Assembly (NCBI GenBank): GCA_030704615.1
Contig: CM060731.1
Location: forward strand, 86,304,001-86,368,000
DNA from: Takakia lepidozioides
Taxonomy: Eukaryota; Plantae; Bryophyta
Length of the DNA: 64,000 nucleotides
Direction: 5' to 3'
Both the position numbers and the translations under genes were made by a program. Below are positions 49,991 through 59,738 of the stretch, piece after piece. The notes beneath the pieces are model-generated. The model was given only the letters and a program-made list of their open reading frames with translations. It was not told the origin of the DNA and made no database searches. Position 1 is the stretch's first letter; each line of letters begins with the position of its first letter.

Positions 49991-51929
49991 GCGAAGGTGC
50001 TTGCATGTTCGCCCCCCCACGCTTCTTGTCAGACGCCGTAATGACTGGTTTGCCCAGCGCATCTGCACAGGTCATATACCTTCTGACTGCATACCGTTGG
50101 CAGTTATTGCGCAAAGGCCAAGGGCCGCATTCCGCAAACAAGGTTCATTAACTCTCTGACAGTGGATTTTCGGGAGAGTGGGCTCCCCGGATTTGTGAAT
50201 AGGCTTCGTCGCTTGCAAAAATCGGCCCTGCATTCCTTCCCCTCGCTGCATCCCCCCTTCTCCCAGGGCGCTTGTCCGAATGCCGTCCTGGCAGTCTTGT
50301 GTGCACAACTCCCATGGCAGAAAACCCGAGCGCTATAGTGTACTGCCCTCCTCACGAGCATAGAGCTACATTTCTGTGCAGAGGGGAGATCTGCCGGGTG
50401 ATGGAGAAATATCTCTCCGTTCGATACCACCTGAAACCGGGGTCGGTATTTTTGGAGGAGGAAATGAAGGATTCAAACGGAGTTGTAGTCGAAAGTATTG
50501 TTGTGCTCCACGATGATTTCGGCAACGGCAGGGAATGGCGAGTTCCACCATCGAACAGCGTCATATACAGGGCTGTTGGGGATTTCATTTGCCCGCCAAA
50601 TGCGCCTTCTATCCTGGCGCCTTCCATGAAACAATCTGCGAATCAGAGAGTGGGCACCTCAAAGAGAGAAGTCCGCAATGAAGTAAATCCAGAGCCGAAC
50701 CCATCAATGAAGACGAGCGAGAACCGGGTTGTTCACAACCTGTCCGACTCCGATGAGGTCATGGAAGTTCCGAGATCATCCTGGAGATCAGGCAAGTCCT
50801 CGATGGACATCAGCGGACAAGGGAGTCATATTCCCAGCACGAACACAACAGTTCGATCCATGGAGGGACACCGCTCGGAGCTGGCTGGGCTGGACTACAA
50901 CAAGTTCGCCATTAATCCGTTACATGCCTTCCCTCAGACGTCGACGGTAATATGTTCTTTGAGTTCCCTCCTCGAACGGACTATTCGAGGGCGTCCGGAA
51001 TGTTGACAGATATGGATAGGAAACATCACTACAACAGATTGCGGCTTTTATGACTCCCATGGGTGCGCAGTCATGACAGATTTGTGGCAGAAATGCCATT
51101 TGCAGTCGTAAAATGCTTTTGAAATCATAATGCAGGTCTGGAGAAGGCGTATATGCGACTGCATGGCTTCGGACTCTGCGCAACACAGGTCAAACATGTT
51201 TGACCACAAATATTGGCATGGCAGATATGACTACCAGTCATGGTCATGGCTACACTAGAATGACGTGTGCATATTGCAAGACAGACATATGACTTCATGA
51301 CTCTCACTCTAATGCATTATGCCAGATCATCACATGGATGAATCACTACATGACTACACGTGTCGACACATGCTTTTCTGGTTATATATATATAATATAT
51401 GAGTATTTATATCTTAAAAAAACGGAGACTCTTACCACTAGAATGAATTAAAAAAACCCAAAAAAAACAAAGATTTAAAAAAATCACATCGGCTGGTAAG
51501 TGCACAGTGTGTCGCCCTTGTGGTTTGGGGTTCAAACCCGCTGCCCTTATCCCGTGTGTGGGATTGTTCGAGACGGTATGTCTTGACGTTGATCATCCTG
51601 TAGGTCTTATGGCCCATAAATGAAGGCGGGTGAATTTTCCCCCTCCTCAAGGGCTTGTGGTTTCCTTTAAGAAAAAAAAAAAGAAAAAAAATCAAAAAGG
51701 GGCTTTTAGGGTTTACAAAAAGGTTAAAAAACTTAAAAAGTTGCCCATCACAGTAGCGTGAACAGACTTAGAGCGAGCGGGAGGGAGAGAGAGAGAGGGT
51801 TGGGACTTAGAGCGAGCGAGCGGGAGAGAGGGCAAACATGCATGGGAGGCCCGCAGTTGGATCAACCTTCGCATCTGGAGCAAGCAACCCTAGAAATGCT
51901 AGGGTATGTGTGCGAGGAGGTTTCGGCTG

Positions 51930-52870
51930 GGAGCCCGCCGTTCTTGGGAGAGTCAGCTTCGTCTTAGCAGGCCGTGTTTCAATCTCTACCCGCTCGGCCC
52001 TGATTTTACAGCACGGAGCAGAGCTGGCATGAGTTTCTAAAAGATCCGTCACGATGGTGGGACAACCGCAATCGCAAGGTGTGGCTTTTTCTTAATGTAC
52101 GATGTGAAGAAGTTTGTCCATCCTGCAAATGTGGGTTGGCTCTCCTGTTAGTACCATGATTTGGTATTCTTCCTGATGTTTACAAGGTTCTTGGGAGAGT
52201 TAGCTTGGTCTTAGTAGGCCGTGTTTCAATCTCTGCCCACTCAGCTGCACCGTGGTGGTTCTCACTGACCAATCCGACATTACCTAACTATAGACACAAG
52301 CAGCACACACTAGAGGTCATCTTGGGTTCATGTTCAGTCAAATCCTCCATGGGTCATGACACAAGGTCGAGGACAATGTGGCGAGGGCACCTTCTTCTTC
52401 GACCTATTTCAGCCTATTTTGCCCTCTCATCAGACTCGGCCTTGAATTTGAATAATGGAGCAGAGCTGGCATGAGTTTTTTTAAGATCCTTCACGAGGGT
52501 GCGACCGCAATCGCAAGGTGTGGTTTTTTTTTAATGTACGATGTGCAGAATTTTGTCCATCCTGCAAATGTGGGTTGTTGGCTCCTGTTAGTACCATGAT
52601 TTGATATTCTTCCTGATGTTTACAAGGTTCTTGGGAGAGTCAGCTTGGTCTTAGCAGACCGTGTTTCAAAGTCTGCCTGCTCAGCTGCACCGTGGTGCAG
52701 GTTCTCATTGACCAATCCGACATTACCTGACTACAGACACAAGCATCACACACAAGGTCAAATCCTCCATGGGTCATGACACAAGGTCAAGGACAGTGTG
52801 GTGAGGGCACCTTCTTCTTCGACCTATTTCAGCATGTTTTGCCCTCTCATCAGACGCCCTGAGATGCATA
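51930..52870 (+). repeat. Internal ~430-bp tandem duplication in the Pack-CACTA
   Basis: GTTCTTGGGAGAGTYAGCTT at ~51940, 52187 and 52627; CCGCAATCGCAAGGTGTGG at ~52066 and 52505. Confidence 0.85.
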
Positions 52871-53646
52871 TTGAATTTTGTAAGTTAGCTCATTGCTCGT
52901 TGATAAGTAGGGTTGGGGGTGTTTGCTGGAACAATTCTAGGCTGTCATTGTCAGCTGCTAGCAGGAAGGCAAGGATGTATGCATAGATAGCTGAAGGATT
53001 TTGTGCAGAGGCATAGATAGCTGAAGGAGCAGGGATAGAGTGTGGGCCCAAATTCGTCCAAGAGGGCCGGATTTCAAGCTCCATTATTTCAGTGTCATCC
53101 ATTCAGCCAGGGATTTCCTGGTGACATTGCCAAGGCTTTACTCGCAACACGATGCTTGTAAAGCTTCCTTAGCTTGAATGTTGATTATGCTTGAATTATT
53201 AGGTTTGTAAAGCCAGTTTTGAAATTTTCATGGTAATCAGCTCTCTTGAAAATCTGTAGGTTGCAAGCCATTTACAGCGGGCCGTGGGTGGACTGGAAGA
53301 CAGCCATTGAAAGTCCAGGTGCAAGTTAATACCAGTGGAGAGCATAATAAGCTTCATATGCCCTTTTGGTGCTAGTTATCTTCATGTATGGTACTATTGA
53401 ACACCAACAATCTTTTGGTGAGATTCTGTCTTGGTGCACATGTCTGATAAAGAAAGACGGTAATGTTTGTTCTGAAACCTGAAGGCGTGAAATGATTCAA
53501 CACAACAAGAGCATTACGCGTGTCACAGTACAAGCTGTAAGAAAGCAAGAGATACATAGTTATACAGTCAAACAGACAACTATCAGTTTCTGTGGAATCT
53601 CTTGCCAATGGCAGGATGGGTTGGGAATAGCCAAGTCAGGAGGTGA

Positions 53647-54138
53647 ATGCCTGTCAAATTACCACATGTCCTTTTGAACATTGCCCCTGCCCTGGTGGAC
53701 ATGTATGCCAATTGTGGGTGCATTGAGGATGCAAAGGGAGTGTTCAACACTGTGGCTGAACGAGATGTGGTGTCGTGGAGTGCGATGCTTGCTGGGTATG
53801 CACAACTAGGGTGCGGGATGGAGGCTCCAACCTTTGAGAAAATGATGGGGGAAGGGGTGAAGGCCGCCGACATAACGTTTGTGTGCGTTTGCAGTGCGTC
53901 TGCAGCCCTGGAAATGGGCAAAGAGATCCCTGGTGACATCATCAAATCTGCAATTGTACCAGATGTCATCCTGAACATGGCTCTGGTGGCCATGTATGCT
54001 AAATGTGGGAGCATTGAGGATGCCAAGGGAGTGTTCAACACTATGGCTGAACTAGATGTGGTGTCGTGGAATGCGATGCTTGAAGGGTGTGCAGAGCAGG
54101 AGCGCGGGATGGGGCTTTGGACACCTGAAAGCAAATGA
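53647..54138 (+). pseudogene. Captured PLS-class PPR gene fragment
   Basis: ALVDMYANCGCIEDAKGVFNTVAERDVVSWSAMLAGYAQLG...ALVAMYAKCGSIEDAKGVF..DVVSWNAML. Confidence 0.88.
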
Positions 54139-57100
54139 TGGAGAAAAGAATGAAGGTACCTTCTTCAACATATTTCACCCTGTTTTCCCTGCTAGTGTTT
54201 GCTTTGACAATTCTAGGCTGTCATTGTCAGCTGCTAGCAGCAAGGCGAGGATGTATGCATGATTTGTGCAGAGGCATGGATAGCTGAAGGAGCAGGGATT
54301 TCGTGTGGGTCCAGATTCATCCAAGAAGGCCAGATTTCAAGCACAAGATTACCTGTGATTCCCTGTGGATCAATAGCTACAAGAAACCTGCATGGGTAGA
54401 TGGTCAACTGGGAGCAGCGGCACAAGTGATAAAATCAGGCACTGCTAATGAAGGCATCTTCTTCAACACATTTCACCCTGTTTTTTCCTCTTATTAGAAT
54501 CGGCCCTAAATTTACATGTTCAATTCTGCAAGTTAGCTGGTTGAGTGAATCTAGTTTGGAGTGACTTTGACATGATACTGCCAATGTGACAACAGGAAAG
54601 TGTCAAAAAATAGGTAACAGAGATGAGGAGAAGCTGTGGAATGAATACTTATCTGAGCCTAGTCACTGATGGGTCAACCGGGGCAGAAAGGTGAATGTCT
54701 GCTACATTTCAGAGAGTAGCAGACGCAATTCAGCATAGGAACTAGTGTGCTACGCTGAGTTGGGTGTTTCCTAGAACAAATGTAGTGTCATTGTCAGCTG
54801 CTAGCAGCAAGGCAAGGATGAATGCTTGATTTGTGCAGAGGCATGGATAGCTGAAGGAATAGAGATAGAGTGTGGGTGACGCAGGGTGTTGGGCAATGGG
54901 CAAGATGTCTTTGTATAAACGTGAGTGACCTTCCTATCATCCTGGGTTTCATTTTTAGTGCATGTTTCTTTGTGAAGTATCTGACGACTTCGCCAATACA
55001 CACCAACCTTTTTGCTTTGGTTTGTTTAGGACATGGGATAGAAGTTACCATAAACAACACTGGCATTGGTTTTTCATATATGGTATTAGATAATTCTCTT
55101 AATTGTTTCCGCCTTGGCAGGTTGCTCAGTGACCTTCCCTGGACGCTTTGGAGTATAGCGAGTGAGTGTCTCACAATGCAATATTGGTTGGTGCATCTTA
55201 TGCAAGAACTTGGAAAACAAACAAATGTCCTTGCTGTAGTAATTCTTAAAGCCATGCAAGCCGTTTTTGATGGGTTGCAGATTGATGGAATACATGAGGA
55301 GTTAGAATATTCTGGGTGAACACTTTTCAAAGTGTTATAGTTAGACAAAATAATTCACATGAGAACATGCGACTATTTAATGTATTTTTAGATCGCAACA
55401 AAAATGATAATGATAAATAGATTGGTAAATAGAGATGGTATGCAATCTCTTGGTTTTGCTCAGCTTGTTGCAGTTATGTCTTGCTGCCTTGTTCTCTTTG
55501 TATTATATATTATATTTCATTGTTGTAATAGACATGTACATGACTGCTAATCATAGTCATAATAATGACTACATCTATTTTCACTCTCCAATAGTACTAC
55601 ACCACGTGGCAGAAATACAAATATGTAAAAAAATAGCAATACACCCCAAAAAAACACCCATCATGACACATGTCAATCTGCTGATGGACCACGTGTAAAA
55701 ACTGCAACGCGCCACGTGTTGCAACCGGATTAGCACACCCGTAGTCATAGTTTGCAGTCATGGAGAGCTAAACACTCTGCCACGTGTCATTTCCTGCATC
55801 GAGCACGTGCCACTCTTGCACAGCCGCTGACATGGACTACACTGTCCGTTCAGTCATTCAGTAAAGCCAGCGTGTATGACTACCCCCATAGCTGCTCTGG
55901 CGCCACGTGACAGCCAGCCTGGAGAGTCATATCTGCCATGTCACAACTGACTAGGTCTTTACGTCTGCAGAGTCAGGAAGTCGTAAATGGCTTCCATGAC
56001 TGCATTTGCAGTCATAACACAGAGACGTAAAAGCCGCAATTTGTTGTAGTGCATGACGGTCATCCTTGGTGCGTCACCAAAACCACCATCATGAAGATGC
56101 TCGATGGTGTGCGGGTGCGCTACGTTGTTTGTGCGGGCGCGTTACGCTGTTTCTCTCCAACTTGCTTCCACTTTAAATCCAGAGGTCACAGGAACGAGAC
56201 GGATTGGACAGGCACACCTCATCAACCATTTCGAGCTCAGGAGAAGGTTCCAAACTCCACATTTAAGTGTGCGCATTGCAAAGAACCACCACACTGCATG
56301 TCTGTTTGTAATGCCAAGCAGTTCTATGTGTTGCACCGTTTCCCTGACCTCACCCGAGCTTGCATACACGTTGGTTCCCATTGTCACAAACTGGCGAGGG
56401 GGAACTCACGGGAGGCTGCCCACGAGGCAGAGCAGCTTGTTCAGGAGGAGGTTAGGTTGAGACTTGATGCCAAACCCAAACAGATACAGTTGCAGGCAGC
56501 CCATAAGATGGCATTGGCCAGAATTATGTCGGAAGACGGCTCCGACAGAGTTCCTCTCGATGAGAAGGAAATGGAGGCATTGCTGGAGTCGGTGTCCCAC
56601 GTATGTTCATCGAATGTCCGAAACCACATTGTCTCCTACAAACAAAAAATTGGGCGTGGCTGGATATGCACTCCATTCTGGAGGTGAAGCGACGATGTGG
56701 ATATGACTACATTCATGGAAGTAGGTTTCATGGACAAGGGACTGAGGCAGATCGTTGTTTCGTATTCAAAATGTCCACGTGTGGGCCTGGCAGCGGCGTT
56801 GAACTGGTCGACCGGATGACGAGTGGGGACTTGTCAAACAGTTGGGTCATGTTCGACCATATCAAGCGAATTACAAATCACCAGTGGGTGACAATGGCTG
56901 CACATGTCTACGACACCCACTGCAGGATGCTAATGACAATTGTTATTTGTGAGATGAAAGGAGAGGACACACAATTGGAGATGCTTCTTTGGCAGGGAAT
57001 AAACGAACAGATGGCCAGGGAGGGATTGCCCCCTTCCAATTTCCGTGGTTTCATGGCGGACAACGCACAAGCAAATTGGGCTGCCATCTGAAGGGTGTAC

Positions 57101-59179
57101 GGGGAAGACCCCAATGTTCCGATGGAAGACAATGAGAGATCTTGTGGGTTCCATTTTCTGCAGAGCTTGTTGCACTACACAACCCGGCTCGTGGCGCCAG
57201 ATTTCAGAGAGGAGCACCGTTCCATGTGTCTTGCGTGGAAGCGTGTTCCCACCTTGGATGATGCAGAGACACATTTTGCATGTATACGGGCTTGGTGGAC
57301 AACGTCAGGTGCTGTAAAGAAATCAGACGAGGGAGCAATGGTCAGTTGGCTAGCATGGTGGCATTATCGTTTCCTCCAGTTTGGCGGCTGTATGCGGGAG
57401 GTGAGTTGGACGAATTCGCGTCCCGTTGAATATTATGCTACTCGTTATTTGTAACTTGCTTGTAACCTCAACATGTGCATGTGCAGGAAATGTGTCTGGA
57501 CTCCGACACCGACATGCCGACAACAAACATGGCCAAATCAGTACATTCTTCCTGGCGTGCCTCCTCTGCGGGGCATCTGGTGGACATCCTCACTGCCACA
57601 ATGGAGGACATTATCAGGTCAATTATGCAGCAATGCAGGTACAACGAGTTCTTGAAAAGGAAACAGTGGGGGTTGGGGCCGGACATGCAGGAAATGCTGA
57701 TGCGGACTGCCTCCAGATTGAAGAATCCTCGGAAGTGGGCGGCAGCCTTGCGAGAGGGCCTTCGGGACACGCCATTGCTTCGAAGAGGCCAACACTTGGA
57801 AGGAGATGTTCACACCCGTCCAGTGAGACGAAGACTTGACGAGGCACCTGGCGGAGAAGAGGATTCATGGCGAGTTGACAAGAATATTCGCACGCTCCCT
57901 CGTGGTCCCGTGATGTTGCCCGAGGAGGTCTCGTCGAGCACTGGTCCTGCACATTCAAGATCGCCATCTCTTTTGAGCACAGGGCACGTGCTCGAGGAAC
58001 ATAACGAGCCATCTGTAGTAACGCAGTACAACATACCCATTGTGGAGACAAGAGTGTCGGAGTCACAGTGGAGAATTGCAAGGACATTGCCGGCATTTCG
58101 AGGGAAGTACTGCGCCATACGGATGGATACGAGAGCACGCTGTGGTGAGATGATTCGGAGGAACCCACACGGTGACGGTGCTGTACCTGCACCTTGTTTT
58201 AGCGGCAGATTTTTGACTCCCACATTCTCTCACGCCACAACGCAAACGTTTTGGTTCTGTAGGCACGAGATAATGACCTGTGTATTTGGCAAGCCCAAGT
58301 ACGGGATTCAGGGAATGCCAGAGCCTCCGGGCGTCTGGCCTGTTGCACCGGGTTGCAACCTCTCTCAGAATGAGGCGGATGCTCTTTCTGTAGCAGGATG
58401 TCGAATGGTGCAACGCACAGATGTCCCGGCCCACTCGTTTCCAGTTCCTCAGACCCAGCCATTGCAGACTGCTCGGTCCAATAGAGACGGGTTGGACAAT
58501 TCTGCACATCCCACAATGCGATTCGGAAGAGTGAAGAGACGACACCCTCCCAACAAGTTGAATGAGACTCGGATTGCCAATGCTCTTGGGATGGCTTGCA
58601 CTATTCAGAGCTCTGTGGACGTACCCCCACCCGGCCTTGGGCATGTTTATCGGATGGCAACGGCCGGCTTAGCTGTACGCAATGACATATACACAATTAC
58701 GATTGGAGTGAAGCCGACTTGCAATTGTACGGACTTCTCGTTGATGGAAGCAAAGAAGGGGTCAAAGTATTATCCGTGCAAGCATCTGTATTACATTTAC
58801 CTGAAGAGGTTGAGGATGAACTTGACTATTGATGACTTTATTCATGCACCAGCGTTGAGCGTGAACGAGTTGCACAAACTCCTCCGCCGGGATTCTAGAA
58901 ATCATTGATGGGGAAAAGGGATGCCACCATATGGATATTTGCAATTGCATTTTGATGCATTAGACTTTGTTTTGCAGTGTAATGAATTGCACCCCAAAAC
59001 TCCTGGGATGAGACAGACAATATTAAAGTGATGTCTTTTAAACACTAGAGACTGCTGGATATCCGTTTGACGTCCAGTGGCAATTCAATGTCGAAACAGA
59101 ATCAATACAAAGATGGCGGCAGGAAAAATTTGCAAATCTTCCAGAAAACTGAGTTCCAACAGTTGCAGTTGGGGGGGCC

Positions 59180-59505
59180 ATTTCTGGAAAAAAGGCGCCG
59201 AATTTCCCTTTTTTTGGCCGAAAACTGGCGAAGTCCCAACATTGTCTGGAAACGATGTTTGGAAAAACGGCGCCGAATTTCCAGTTACATGGCCCAGAAC
59301 TGCCCAACATTTGTGCAATGCTCGGCACCATGTACCGAAATTCGGCGCCACATTTCCAAATTTTGGGCTTACACTTCAATGAAATTGGGACCTATAACCG
59401 CGAAATTCGGCACCATTTTTCGCCGGAGACACCTATTACCGCGCACTACGTCGCCGATTTTTCTGCTTGCGGAACCTATTACCGCGAAATTCGGCGCCAT
59501 TTTTG
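59180..59505. repeat. Subterminal type-B palindrome copies near the right TIR
   Basis: GGAAAAAAGGCGCCGAATTTCC, GGAAAAACGGCGCCGAATTTCC and three GAAATTCGGCRCCA half-degenerate copies. Confidence 0.85.
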
Positions 59506-59659
59506 CAGATGTCGCTCGGAATTCGCATGAGCGGACGAAATATCATGAGCACGGCTCTCAAAACTACAATTTCTACTTCAAACAATGAATATTTTTTTTT
59601 TTTGTTTTTTTTTTTTTTTTACACATCCCTTTAAAATAATGTTTTTAATGTTTTTTGAA

Positions 59660-59738
59660 TTTGTACTTCTGCTCATGAAAACTGATTGTCTTACTACTCC
59701 GCTCATGCCGCTCATGCTCATGAAATAGCTAACCTCCC
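59660..59738 (-). repeat. Right terminal inverted repeat (GCTCATG-rich)
   Basis: Inverted counterpart of 36793-36880. Confidence 0.8.

Larger units (their letters stand above)
51027..56051. mobile_element. Non-autonomous CACTA (Pack-CACTA), 5025 bp, 3-bp TSD CAT
   Basis: TIRs CACTACAACAGATTGCGGCTTTTA and TAAAAGCCGCAATTTGTTGTAGTG (23/24 match); CAT at 51024-51026 and 56052-56054; ATGACT/AGTCAT and CACGTG subterminal repeats; no transposase. Confidence 0.95.
50272..58908 (+). pseudogene. MULE-type DDE transposase with N-terminal GCM-like Zn domain and C-terminal SWIM finger, split by a nested CACTA (51027-56051)
   Basis: LPSDVDGNMFFEFPP..DMDRKH|DGHPW..VRYVVCAGALRC..C..CxxC..C..HxGxHxH; DDE core VMFDH, FMADNA, CGFH, TTNMAKSVH; SWIM CNC..PCKHL. 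Frameshifts at ~50925 and ~56660, stop at 57089, intron 57401-57487. Confidence 0.85.
36793..59738. mobile_element. ~23-kb Mutator-like (MULE) cargo unit with imperfect TIRs, probably composite
   Basis: Left end GGGGGCTACTATTTCATGAGCC..TGAGCGGCATGAGC..GAGTCGTAAG versus reverse complement of the right end GGGAGGTTAGCTATTTCATGAGCATGAGCGGCATGAGCGGAGTAGTAAG. Internal MULE/SWIM transposase; shared palindrome family throughout; no TSD. Confidence 0.75.

Noticed and set aside
49029-50151. Long ORFs (362, 250 and 136 aa) over the 96-bp array, and similar ORFs at 39073-39962
   Set aside because: They are open in several frames on both strands simply because the repeat unit lacks stops; there is no protein-like signal.
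53647-54138. Functional PPR gene
   Set aside because: Only about 3-4 motifs, no targeting peptide or C-terminal domain, and it lies inside a non-autonomous CACTA.
54794-55348. Overlapping 149-aa and 184-aa ORFs inside the Pack-CACTA
   Set aside because: No recognisable motif in either frame. This may be another captured fragment, but I cannot support a call.
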